From: Lingula anatina
Taxonomy: Eukaryota; Animalia; Brachiopoda
Assembly (NCBI GenBank): GCA_051362555.1
Contig: CM120646.1
Span: 22,940,001-23,004,000 of the forward strand
DNA length: 64,000 nucleotides
Direction: 5' to 3'
Part shown: in pieces, positions 15,166-28,062 of the stretch
Numbering within the stretch: the first letter of the stretch is position 1
Layout of the letters: every line of letters begins with the position of its first letter
Translations under genes and position numbers: made by a program
The notes under the pieces: model-generated
What the model saw: the letters and a program-made list of their open reading frames with translations, nothing else
What the model was told of the DNA's origin: nothing
The model's database searches: none

Positions 15166-17920
15166 GCACACACACACATACACACACACACACAGAAGTA
15201 ATTTTTGAATGCAGCAGGCTTTTTGTATCTTTGTATGTCTGCATATCTTTCATAATGATCTTTTTTCAAGTGATGCCTGCCATATATATGTATGTGTTAT
15301 TTCTATTATTGCCACTCCTCAGTATTTCACCATCTAAACACACCTGGGTATTCTGACATTCAATAAGCAAGGTCTTGTCTTTTGTGAACTCCTGGACCCT
15401 ATCCACTTCTATCTCTTTTCACTTCAACTCGCTGTGTCTATTCTTAACTTAAACAAAACATTAAGTTATTTTTTACAGACCCTTTGAAGGCAGACTTCCT
15501 TCAACCAGGTGCTTCCCTACCACTGGTACCAAGTACCTGTGCTTTAATGGGTAAACAACTGCCTCTTAAGAGACCACTTCTCTGAGCAGGTGCCTGTTTT
15601 TGCAGATAACATTTAAAATGTTTACAAAAACAAAATGCAACAGAAGCAATGTTTGGGTGGTAAAGGCATATATCCTAGGGTGTAGCTTTCATGTGTTTTT
15701 TTTTTTTATCTGATCACACCTCCAACTTTCACACCCGTGATCTTTTTTTTTTTTTGATAAAAGTAGTGTGTATCACTACACCAGGGGAGATCTGACATAG
15801 ATAAGGATCACTGCGAATATAAAACCAGTGGCAGGTAAGTTGCCACATGTTAACACACCCTGGTAGACTAAATAGAACACTTTGAAGTCAACCACTACAA
15901 GGTGATATTTTTAATCTTAGCACCTGGAGCAAAAAAAAACATAATTATTACATTAGAATCCAACCACAGCATGAAGTTTTTATCTCAACATCTGAACGTG
16001 TTAAAATAATAAATAAATAGCCTAAAATAAAGTGTTTTCCAAACTGTACATATTAGGCACCGACTCCGAGATGGTTGGTACTTCTGTTGTGGAATGATAC
16101 AAATCTCTTACCCTGCAAGGGGCTACACAGTTTTTTTATATTGCACAGTTTTATATTTATTGCACTGAGATAAAATGTTTTCTTTTTTTATGGAGAGTAA
16201 CTATATATAAAGCAATATGACATTCCAGACAGCTGATGCAGAATGTTTCATTTTCAGTTTCGTGTTGATATATGAAAAAATGAGACCTATTTAAACTTTG
16301 TGAGATATTCCAAAATGACAGAGAACAATGAAGTAAATCTTTTGAAAGTGGGTGTTTGATATTTTTGAAAACGAAAGTTTACTCATTATCTCAAGATGGT
16401 GAGTCAGGGCCTGAGTCCTAACTTTAGAAAACAATACCAGTGTTTTATTTTACAAACTCCATGAAGTGTGACAGCAAGGTGTAAAGAAAACTTCCGCGTG
16501 ACATGTCAAAAACCTAAGCTTTGTCTTCAGGGTGTGAAGTTACTGCACTGCAGGCAAGAAAATGACTGCCGCGTTAGGAACATTGATTGTTCTTTGTTCC
16601 TCCTTTATTAAGAGACTTTATTACCAGCTGTCTTATTACAAATGCTCTGTTATATCACTCACTGTTCTCTGCTTATTGATTGGATCCATGTCCATATTAA
16701 TAAAGCATGGATTTAAAGGTATGGCAGATGTCATGCTTAGGTTTACTGTCCCGTTTTCTCTCAGACAAATACGCCATTGCACGGGGAACAATTAAAGGTC
16801 CTCGCTTCATAATGAAATCTAGAAACTTTCAGCTCTGATTTCTTTTTGCTACTCGCTAGGCAAACAGTCACTTCGTTTACTTCATAGATCTGTTTTTCCT
16901 AAAACACACAGTCTGGTCAATATGCCATTCTTAGAAAAAATAAAAATAGACAGGCTCTCTTTTTATCTGAAGAAATATCAATAAATTCAGAGCCAATATT
17001 TAAGATCTTTTTAAAAAATTCTAGAAAGCTAACAAAGTTAAACAATACAGAAACTTTTGTGGTAAATATTTTTTCCTGACAAACTGTGATCTTTTAATGA
17101 ATATTTCATTTCAATCGTTCTTTTTTCTTCTTCTTTTTTCATCCTATCGCAAATCTGAGGAAATAAAGTTTACATTACCAGGAAAAACATACTAAAGACA
17201 TTAAAAATTGACAGATCCTCTACCAAACACTACCTTCAGTTAGAGTGACCCTGATACAACTTAAACAGAAAGTTTTTTTGCTTTTTTTTTGCAAAAATAA
17301 AATCATACAACTATCCACCAAGTTAGCCTCGTATCTTAAAACAATACTTCACACATTCTATAGTAAGTCTAATCTGATATTAACCATCTTACAAGTTGCT
17401 AAATACCGCGTGTAGTGAATACTGAAGGTAAAACACGCACATACACACGCACACATGTACAGACAAAATAATTAACAGAGACTGACGCACATGTGCAGCA
17501 ACATTCACACCCTGAACATATCATATACTAGTGCTAGTTTGATATATATACTACAACTCAAGCCACAATTCACCGATATTTTAATTACTCAATCTTTACA
17601 ATGGGCAAAAATTTTCAAACATTCAGATACATAATTTTAGGATCACAAACTCATTTTTCTATATAGGATTTGTGCTTTATTGAATAGAAAAGAACTATAG
17701 AGCAGCATGTTTTTTTCCTTTAAATTTGGTTCCTGCCACTCAACAGAAATGTTCTAATTCTAAGATTTATTACTTCAAAAACACAGTATCTGTGAAATTC
17801 ACAATTTTCCCGATTGAAAAGATCAAGTAATTACCACATTCTAAATGGTATCTTAGCTAAATAAACTGTGGCCACTATTATACACAGCTCACACTTACCT
17901 CACATTGGAACGGCTTGTCT
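9260..17920 (-). CDS. Gene A, putative cytoplasmic-tail micro-exons (no kinase; Tyr motifs)
   Basis: Candidate exons 17920-17899 (22 nt, tttcag/gtaagt), 12649-12614 (36 nt, tttcag/gtaagt), 11019-10972 (48 nt, ttaag/gtatgg) and 9347-9260 (88 nt, ttccag/gtaagt) splice in frame after the TM exon. They give ...EEK-ETSRSNV-SPHTDSGHTYSL-VHAQEQATYEACVFKD-RPDAEGAPNDGYSSPEHMDDKNGNFTKEDD. I found no kinase motifs in 1-19400. Confidence 0.6.
11443..11580. repeat. Minisatellite, ~17-bp unit AATGTCACATCCAA(C/T)(A/G)C
   Basis: About 8 imperfect tandem units with no unique spacers. Confidence 0.85.
13019..13236 (-). mobile_element. ~215-bp MITE family 1 (PIF/Harbinger-like); other copies near 25250-25480, 37653-37880, 42597-42808
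   Basis: Four dispersed similar copies share GGGAGTCTCACTAG..GCCTAC..AAGGGGGTAATTAAC..GGGAGTTAGG, with TTCCC/GGGAA-containing TIRs and TTA/TAA-like flanks. Confidence 0.65.
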
Positions 17921-19426
17921 CTGAAACATGAAACAAAATAAATAAATAAATAATAAATAAAATAGACAGCACTGTTCTCATATAGAATTATGACACAGAA
18001 TAGACTACTAAACTTAAGTAGGCAGTAAAGCTGGCAAATATACAGACATTATCTAACGTCAGTTACCACATACGATTATTATACAAAATATAAAGTTTTT
18101 ATTTGGATAGGTTAATAGTTTTTATCTTTTGTATAATATCTTTCTATTTCTAAAGCCCTTCTAGCATGCCTTCAAAATGAATGCTTTCTTTAAGCGCATA
18201 AGTTACTATTTAATAAATTTTTTGGAAAAAAATCTAAAAGGAGGAAAATCCCCTTCAATGTGAAATGACTCCTACTGATACACTTCCTAAAACAGTATAA
18301 TACACTTTCTTTTCTCTGGGAAATTCCCCTTTAAAGATTAAATGCTTCTTTGAAGTGAAAGTGTCATTGTGGCAATTATTACCATTACAAGGACCTTAAC
18401 CATTAAAGTCAACCAGGACAAAGAAAAATTGCTATTATTCTGCCTGAAAGCTAGAAAGTAGGGACAATAGGTACTAGTAACCTAAAACCTAAGTCACAAA
18501 ATGACTCAATGCACTTGATAGGCATTTATTAAGTGTTACATCACACACAAAATACTGTTTTGAGAAATTTACTGGGACATCCCACCTGGAATCACATTTA
18601 ACACACACGGTGTGTTTGATGAAAATCCATACCAGGAATCGAATTATCATGCATCACTTCATTTCTCATTCATCATTTATCTCGGGGACAAACTTTAATT
18701 TGCTAATGTGTCTGTGGCTTGGGATGATCAGTGGACTGATCATGTTTCACTCTTTGTGATGAACCACCCCAGGACATCAACAATGTTAGGGACTTTTGTC
18801 TGACACAAACTAGGTCTACAACTTAATGAAATACAAAACTTTTAAAAGGCTGTTTAAATACTAGAAGCTTGGAGTGAAAAAAAAATGAAATGGCATATCA
18901 TTTCATCTCAGTTTTGGAAGGAATATTCTTTGCAATTTCAATTTGGTTGGATTTGTTCCTCCCCAGTTTTGACAGGCATACTAGTACTTATTTCATTATT
19001 TCAAAGGGATGCATCATATTTTAATTAGTACATAAGGCATCCAAGCTCTCTATACTTAAGAATCAAATAGGACAGCTGTACATAAACAATGAATAAGAAG
19101 ACAAAGTTTCTTTAAAAGATGTTGATTAAAGTGAAATACGTACAAGTAATTAGCTACAAATGGACCAAAGATAAAAAAGATTAACAGAGCACTGTCTGGG
19201 TGTACACAAGCTTTATTTTGGTATACATTAAAAACATTTACTAGTAATATTTTACTGAGAAATTTCCAAAAATAAAAAAATAATTCAGTTTGACATAATA
19301 ATTGTTTCCATGATTAAAATGAATCTCCGTGAACATCCTAACCAGATTTAAATATAAATATATTTTGAAATTTAAAAAAAAAATTTAGGGTACCAATAAA
19401 AAATGTTTTGGTTTTTTTTTTTTTAC

Positions 19427-22003
19427 CTTTTTCTTCATCCCTTGTTTTGTGTTTCTTCTTGACACAGTAGGTGTAGGTGACACAGGCCAAGACAATAATC
19501 ACAATGACCCCCAGGATGGCCCCTATTATCCCCCCTATGGCCTCTCCAGATAGACCCCCCACTGTGGATCCAGTAGTTGGTGCTGAAATGAAGAAAAAAT
19601 TGTGGGTAATCAAGTCAACAAAAGCAGCATTTCAAATAAAAAGAAAAAAACTTTTGTAAACAAAATCCGGGTGTGTTGATTTAAAAAAAAGTGACTCCCT
19701 TTCATATCAACCAAGGAACTCAGCAGTAAAGTGTCAGAAGTGGTAAAATTATTTCTACTTACATGACAGTGTAATTCTCAGGACCTTGCTTGGTGGATCA
19801 TTCAACTGGTTCAAAATGTTACTGGCCTGGCACTCATAGTATCCAGGTTTCTGAATGTTATTCAGGTTAAGAACAGAGGAGTTATCGCGATTTCCACTTC
19901 GTGCTTCTCTGGTGTTGGATAGCTCTTCCCGAAAAAACCACTTGAAGTTGGGTTGAGGGTCACCAGTGGCTGAGCAAATGAGAGTGACGGCTGAACCTTT
20001 GACAAACTCCACACTGCCCATTGCTGAGTCTATGATGGGGAGGGCACCTGTGGTGGTATAGGTGATCTCAGGGTTGCTGGCAGCAGCTGAAATATTGTCA
20101 TGTTATTGTATCACAGTGTACAAGATTTTTGTCTAAAGTGAGGCATATCTAGACTTTGCCAGGACATAAATTTTTGCCGATTTTTAAAAAGCTTTGGTAG
20201 AACTATCCACTATTAACTGGCACAATCATTATGATAAATAAATGGTCAGGACAATCAAAATCACCATCAAGCTGGTGTGGCACATACATACATACAGATC
20301 AAAATTAAACTCCTTCCAGGGTTGAATTTATTTTAGCCAAATTACTGGATAATGTCAGTAAAATCAAAAGTCAAAACTTATTCAATGCTAAATTTCCTGA
20401 AAGAGGTACCATTTTTCCCCCATTTTCTTTCTGCATCATTGTAAACCAATTAGAATTTTAAGTTAAAGCTTTTCACTAGAACTATGTTAGCATGAGTACA
20501 GTACTGCAGCAAAATTCTTTCCTTGATGTACTTAACTGATTTCTGTTGATTTTTACTTACTCAGTGACACACTGGCCGACTTCTGTCCAATCATACATGT
20601 AAACTGTGCGCCATCATCAGAGGCTGAGACATCTACTCTCAGCTCACTCTGTCCATTATATGTACAACCATCACTATTCAGGACAGGGTCACTTGACTGT
20701 GCCTCTGAGGTCCTATTTTGTTGCTGACCATTCAGAGACCGGTACCATGTGATCCCCTTGGCTGGACGTCCAAGCTGACCAGAGCACATGAACTTTGTTG
20801 ACCCCTGGTCATTTAATTGCTGGGTGGTCAAGATAGGGTTTTCACTGGGCTCCACTGGAATATGTACACATATTTGCTTATACTAGCTATAGTACATTGT
20901 AATTGAATGAATGAAAAAATAGCAATCATAACCAAGAATATTGTACACAAACCATACAGACATCTGCAAAAGCTGCATTAAAATACAATTATTGAAATTT
21001 TTGTGAATTACTGTTATCTAAAGGTAAAAGCAGACATATATTTTCGTGTAATTTCTAAAAACTTAATTAATTCAGAAAAAAATTGAATTTTATGATTTTT
21101 CTCCACAAGGTATTCAGTATATATTCATGTAAATCTTTATTTTCTCTTGACGAAGCACAAATTTAAAATAATCCTCAATCCTCCCAGTTCAATTCAATTA
21201 GAAAGAAGTTAATATTATAATTTAAAGCAATAATAACTCTTCCTTTGAGATTCAAAATTCCGCAAGAAATACATTGTAAACAACGCATGCAAATATATTC
21301 TATTGCATTTTACCACTAAAACGGCCGTTATTGTAGTAAAACTAAAATTTGTGCTTGTCAATAGGGCTTTCGATGCCTTTCTTCCCTGTCGTTAAGGCAA
21401 CCGTTGCCAATGACGTTAGGGTGTCATGCGGATTCTCGCGTTCATTCGAGACCAAAATAACTTCTGGCGGCAAAAGCCTGATGCAATAGCAGACGTAAGT
21501 TGCGAGTTTTTGTACAGTGCGTCGGATAACGAAAAGCCAAGAATAGCACAGATAGCACACATTGTAGATATAAATGCATTTTGAGCAATAAGACAAATAT
21601 ATATTATGAATCTTATATTATTGTTATGGTGTTGTTGTTGTCTGCTTTTCCCGCGGTTTTAAGTAGGTCAACAGAAACTATCGCTCGATATTGTGTGACT
21701 ATGCAATGTCAGAGAGGGCTCCGTGAGTTAAAATCTCTTAAGAGATTTTAACAAAAAACCAAACGTTTAGGAAAAAAACCCTGGACCAACTTTGAATGCA
21801 GGAATGGGGTCGCTGACCATTGGTAAGTACGGGAAAATTGCCGTTTACTCGAGGAAAATCCAATTTTTGGCCAAAACGAAGAGTTATTATGACTTTAATG
21901 AAAACAAAAAAGATCCAACATTCAATTTTAACACACACGCTGGATGCTGCACCCCCCCTACACACACACAAACACTCACACACACACACTCTCTCTCTAT
22001 CTC

Positions 22004-22037
<34 letters not shown>

Positions 22038-22374
22038 TTGTAGACCTGTATACTAGTACGCCTGTGTCTGTTCACCTTGGATGATTCTTAGATATCTGGT
22101 TACCTGGAATACAGGTGTGCTCCCCAGGGGGTTATCTCTGAACAACAATAATATTTATTATACACTTCATCAGATTCCTAAAAATGGCACTTCCTAAGTG
22201 TCTTAACCAAAAATCTTATTAGAATATATCTAAAGTTACAGTTGATGCCAAAATTTTTAGGATCTTTTCCCTGATCGTAAACTAGGAAAGTGAAACAACT
22301 GAAGTTTGTTCCTGCTTCCTGGTATTGTGTGTCACAACTAATGCTTTATGTCTGGTTGTACCATTACTACGTCC

Positions 22375-22454
<80 letters not shown>

Positions 22455-24470
22455 ATCCAGTACTTCTGTAGCTAGGACTAAGCCTTTAGCTAGTGTGTAA
22501 AACTTATATTTAATTTGGCTAAAACACATAGTACTGTAGAGATAATCGAAAATGTCTGCAAATCTAACTCAATTTTTAATCTTAAAACTTATTTGGATAT
22601 AAATTAAGTTACATGGAAACACTAGCAATAATGCATTCACTGTTCTAGTAAGCATGTTAAGGAAACAAATAGATCATGGCACTACTGTATGCCAAGAGGT
22701 TAATATCTACATTTCTCCACTCACTTTAGCATCGGGTTTTTGGCCAAATGCTCTAAAAATTCTTTGACTTAGTTGAATCAAACTATAAAATTTTTAGCTG
22801 TCTTTGCACTGATTTAAGTAAAAAGATTTAAAAAAAAAAAATCACTCAAAGTATCTCTGTAGTCAGTACTTGACTTAAAAAAATCTTAAAGTGCATTCAG
22901 TATGATTTTATAATTTACCAATATTTCATGAAAGTATCAGTTATAGCCAAAATCATTTATATCTTGTATTGAAACAGTTGAGAAAAAAATTTTAAAAATC
23001 AAAATACATAGTGCTGTGTTTCATACTGAGTCACTTGCCTTTTCAAAATTTACCAGAAATGGCAAAGTCATTCTGATAATGCAGGTAAGTTTTTAATAAG
23101 ACAAACTGAAAATATGAAATTGTCTGTTGTTTTTTATGTTTAGTACATATCCTGCTTAGCAACTTACTAGCATCTTCATGAGAGAAAGAAAATTTTTAGT
23201 AAATTTTCTTATTCATTTATTATTTTCCAGCAAAAAAATTTACAGCCAAAAAATCCTGGATAGGATACCTTTACTAATAAACTGTGCAACTGAGTGTTTA
23301 TTGATCAGATCAGGGAAAATAAATGAATGTCATAAGCAGACAAGCAGCAGTGCCTCAGATCAGTTCAGACATGTGTTTGCTTTTATAACTCTGTCACTAC
23401 AACATTTGATGACAGCCACACATCCCTCACTGCCCCTCTCACTGACACAGAGACCAACCCCTGCAAAAATATTGTCTCACTGAACACTCACTTATGGTTC
23501 TCAATCTGTCCTAGAACCAAAGCTTTTAGTAAACTATCATAGCAGTAAATTATAATGCAGCGCAGAGAAGTGGGTGGTTATATACTATAAAATTTGTCAT
23601 TTTTCTCTCAATCAACATCCATTTATTAACAAATGTGCTTTCCCACAGTGGTATATTTTAAAATATATTTCTGTAATACATACCAAAGTATTTTCAAAAA
23701 TAAAAAAGACAGAAAGAAGAAAAGACAGAAAAACAAAAAGAAGGAAAGAAATGAAATACTTAAATATAAATAAATCAGGAATGATTACCTTTTATCATCA
23801 GCTGTACAGAGATAATCTCTTCTGTTCCTCTCACAGTCACCCTACATCTATACTCTCCCTCATCTCCTGGACATTGTGTCTGCTGGATATTAAGTGTGGC
23901 AGTTTTGGTACTCTCCGACAATGTCCCAGATAGTCTGTCCTTATCGGGGCTGGAGCTTAACTGATCACCATCAGGAAATTGTTGAAGTATTTGTTCAGTT
24001 CCCCTGAACCAGGCAACAACAACTAGTCTTTCTGATGCTGTATATGCGCACTGCAATGTTGTTGTCTCTCCAGGTATGCCAACAACTGTAGTTTGGGTTA
24101 TAATTCCAGAAACTAAAAACATAAAAGGAATATAATGAAATATTACAGTGGTATTTTAAACTTGGATTCTTAAATTATAATGCCATTATTCACATTCTAC
24201 CACATCTACTGTTTTACATTTAAATGAACACGCTTCTAACCTAAGACTCCAGCAAAGCCAAGGCTTAAGCGCAAACGTACGTTTTACTTCAAAATTAAAT
24301 CCTTCATATTTTCTAGTACTAATAATTAAAAGAAGGCGTTGATAAGAAATGTCAAATCCACCATTGCATATATACATTAACTCTAACTTACCTGCTAACA
24401 GCAATATTACGATGACCAGCAACGGCTCAAAATTGAATTTAGATCGACTTGATGATAAACAAACCGCCAT
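19427..24470 (-). CDS. Gene A, exons 1-5: single-pass Ig-superfamily receptor (signal peptide, V-type Ig, C2-like Ig, I-like Ig, TM)
   Basis: Exons 24470-24392 ([26 protein letters not shown]), 24112-23789 (V: LQC..W..DEGEYRC), 20854-20561 (Ig2: [14 protein letters not shown]), 20086-19763 (Ig3: [20 protein letters not shown]) and 19582-19427 (TM: [30 protein letters not shown]). All have AG/GT boundaries and phase-1 introns, one domain per exon, and the splice positions are conserved in paralogues B and C. Confidence 0.9.
22378..22451. repeat. (TA)n microsatellite
   Basis: Direct observation. Further (TA)n at 27404-27441 and 27543-27568; (TG)n/(G)n at 14802-14855; (CT)n(CA)n at 15129-15193 and 21960-22037; poly-T at 61913-61961. 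Confidence 0.95.
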
Positions 24471-24667
24471 TTGTCAACAGGAGCGTCGTTTACAAATTAA
24501 CAAATAAAATTAAGTTTGATCAGTTTCCAGCTCTCAATTCAGTGTAACAAACTAAATCTTGTAATATTCACTAGCTCCAGCATAAGTGATAGATCCTGTT
24601 AGTCCTTAAACTGTTGGGAGGTTCACACGGAAATAAACAGTGTGACCCGACTTCAACCTATTTTATG

Positions 24668-24685
24668 CAATAGATGGCGCTAAAG
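24668..24685 (+). promoter_or_regulatory. CTCF-like motif about 200 bp upstream of the gene A ATG; paralogous motif at 37008-37025
   Basis: CAATAGATGGCGCTA and (reverse) TACCAGATGGCGCCA resemble the bilaterian CTCF core. Motif match only. Confidence 0.35.
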
Positions 24686-25531
24686 GTAAGACAAGCTAGC
24701 CAGACACTTCATCACTTCCTAGAATGGTCATGATATTTTTTCATGACTTGCTTTCTTGTATTTTACTAATGTTTTTGGTTTCATTGATGGTTTGTATGAT
24801 TTTTTGCTCAGTTGTTTAATCAGTTTGGGTTTTATGACTTGGAAAAAAGTACATTTCCGGTCGAGAAGGTTACAAAACTGACCTAGTAATACTTTAATAA
24901 CTTTTAAAAATATTCGTTATTGTAGGTTAATGCAAGGAGTTATAACAGACCTTCTGTTATAACTCCTTGGTTAATGTTCAAGTATTGGTAATAACTCTGT
25001 TGCTCCATATGAGTCGGGTGAGTGCAAAGTAAACTCTCTAGATTTTGTAATTTATTGCACTGAAAATTGCAGATGGAAAAATCTACAAAAATGTACATGC
25101 TGTATTTTAATCTGTGTTGTCTTTTCTCAAGATTCGCCTCGACATTTTTGCGTGACCTTGATCTCTGATGACTTTCAAATCATTTTCAAATAAATGGTTA
25201 TTATGTCCTTGTATGTTGGAAGTGATACCTCTAGCAAGTGAAGTTTCTTACACCCCATTTCCATAGATTTTTAGATTGATCTATCCCTGTGGGGAGTCTC
25301 ACTAGATCACTGTCAGCTTGGCCGGCTTAAGCGTCTGTCCCGCCTACTAAAAGCTGTAAGGGGGTAATTAACTATGGTGTCCGCTCGGCTGACTGCAATT
25401 TAGCCTGAACCCCCAGGGAGTTAGGTCAATCTAAAACTTAATCTTTAGATCAATCTAAATCTCTGGGAAAGCACCCTAATTAGTTACCCAGTTAATTTTC
25501 ATGATATGCACAATGAATGATTTAGCTCGCT

Positions 25532-25795
25532 TAGGCTGAGTTCCCATACCTAGATAGATCTAACTGTGTCGATCTATCTCCAAGGGATTTTTTGCTAAAT
25601 TGCTTTCAGCTTAAGCAGCTTAGATGTCTGGCACGCCTACTGAAGCTGCTAAACAATAATTAATTACCCCCTAGCAGCTTCAGTAGGCATGATAGACATC
25701 TAAGCCGCTTCATTTGATTGCAATTTAGCGAGAATCCTATTTGAGATAGATTGATCCACAGTTAGTATGATATAGGGTCTGGGAACGCTCCCTTT
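25532..25795 (+). mobile_element. ~260-bp palindromic MITE family 2; other copies near 4650-4870, 13862-14120, 42808-43065
   Basis: Internal inverted repeat TTAGATGTCTGGCACGCCTACTGAAGCTGCTA / TAGCAGCTTCAGTAGGC..AGACATCTAAG, with TIRs related to family 1. Confidence 0.65.
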
Positions 25796-26668
25796 ATCTC
25801 CCCTATGCATTGGCATTCATTTTGGATTTCAGCACCATGCCATGTGGGGTTATGGCTTGGGCATACTTGAGGTTAAGTTGACTTATCACCTTTGTTCACA
25901 TTTTTCCTAATTTCAATTTTCTGGATTGAAAGTTACTATAATTGACATCATCTCTGTGAATTTTCAGGCAAATGTATGGAGAAATAAAAAATTGATGTGC
26001 ATAAGATAAATCAACTTTGTTTTATTTCACCCATTACCAAATGAAAATGTAGTTTTTAACAGGCCATAACTCTTGATACTGCATTTTGAATTTAAATGTA
26101 ATTCTATTTTCATTTAGCTTAAAATATTGGCTTTTTAAAAATGTATACTTTGTATGGGTGATTAAGGCAAACAAATAAATATGGCCAATTTACTGAGGTG
26201 ACCTGGCTTTTCAAGGCTAGTTCACAGAATTAATTGGGCACAGCAGAACTTTTTGGGTCAGCATTAACTGGATCCTACGGGGTTAAGTTAAATTTTCCAA
26301 GGTATATATATAAAACAAAGTCACAGTCACCTCAACCTGTCTATCTATAACAGGGTACCGAGAACTGTCAACTTTATTAACTTCATTCCATCACATTTAC
26401 AGCAAAGTATTCATCCTAGTGTTAGCTGACCTTGCAAGGAATTCAGTTTATTGGAATGTATTTCTGAATAACAACTCACTAGTTCTCTGAACAATAATTC
26501 ACTAGTTCACAAAAGACACAAAACAACTGTCACTTTTACTTTAAAAGTTAGTTATAGTATTGATAAACGAAGTATCACGTTTTCAACAATTAATATATTT
26601 AATTACAATCCATGTCTGCAAGGTTGTGTCAATGACCAAAATACAACGTTGAGTCAACAACACATTAT

Positions 26669-26763
26669 GACGGTGTGCACGGCGACAACGGCGATGGCGA
26701 CGACAGACGCAGGTGATGGCTATATAGTATATGTACAGACACATCTGTGTCTGTACATAAAAA
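26669..26763 (-). mobile_element. Solo terminus of the HINE-like element
   Basis: Same hairpin and GAC/GGC microsatellite end as 52010-52078. Confidence 0.6.
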
Positions 26764-27401
26764 GCTGCAAACACGATTCATCTCAATATCAGGAAGATTT
26801 TCCAAAAATTCCAGGACCATGGTCCAATTTATACTAGACTGTGTGTGTACAAGCGTGTGTCAACATGTTTACCACGATGCATAAAAACCAATTTGGAATC
26901 CTATATGTGTATCATTAATAAAAAGGGCAATCAAAGAATGTAAATAAAAGAAATAAGTATTAAAGCACAATACTTTCTTATTAAATATTATAATTTTATT
27001 TGTAAAATAGTGAAAGCTTCTAAAATATTAAATATTCCTGAGAAGCAGGAAGAGCAGAGCTGAAGTTTGGCACGTGCAATAAAATGCTGGACAATAGAGG
27101 CAATATACACAAAATAAGGCCTGTAGGCTGTACAGTGCTACCTTTTACAATTATAAATGGTGTAAAAAGCTAATAATAATTTTATGCTGGAATTAAGCCA
27201 CACTAAATTACCCCGTTTCATGAACCCATTATTAAAATATATACTTTGCTTAATTCATTTTTGAGAAACCAGAACTGACTGTCAAAACAAGGAAAATGGA
27301 TCTAATGTTATTGGCTCTTCATTCTATCAAAACATTTTTACATTAATTTTGGCTGCAATAAACCCTCAGATTTTTATTGTTTCCAATCATTATTCCAATT
27401 A

Positions 27402-27443
<42 letters not shown>

Positions 27444-28062
27444 CATTTTCTCAATAATGACATCAAGGGGGTTTCTTTGGGTCAGTTTGAGCTGACTCCC
27501 ATTGTCAGTGAATAAACCAGCCCTTCTCAGGGAATTATCATGATATATATATATATATATATATATATTATTATTAAGTACCAAAGAACTTTTACAGAGT
27601 CAAACTGTTTTTTATGAGGGTATTCAGAACAGTGTAGTAGTTACAGAATCCTGGATCAAATGTAGCCACCAACTTCAAACTTGCCGCTTAATTCCTGATT
27701 AGACACTGAATACATTCCCTGCGGGGATCACTCAACAAGTATTCTAATTGGGTCATCAATATTTGATTTGCGGTCTGCAGATCTGTTAGTTCCCAGTTCC
27801 GAATGCTCTATTTGTCACTTAAAACCTTTCTATAGCATAAGCCATATACAGTGCATTTGGTTTCTGTACATGTCACAAATGGCACCGCTACTAGATCCTG
27901 TCCCCATGTGGACATTTCAAACCTGTTTTGGCAGACTGGATATTATGCTTTAAATGCATGTATATATTCACTATGCCTATTTCGTTAAACACAAACAAAT
28001 ACTGGCCAAAGCTGCAATGTATACTAATGCCGAAGTGATACCACATGTATTTGAAATATTCT

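Noticed and set aside
14701-22529. ORFs rich in HT, CV, IY or poly-P/G
   Set aside because: Translations of (CA)n, (TA)n and homopolymer tracts.
23644-23690. CACAGTG heptamer near the V exon (also CACTGTG at 39843 and 39923), suggesting V(D)J-type recombination signals
   Set aside because: No ACAAAAACC-like nonamer at 12/23-bp spacing, the heptamers are well inside introns, and each V exon is already complete with its own G strand.
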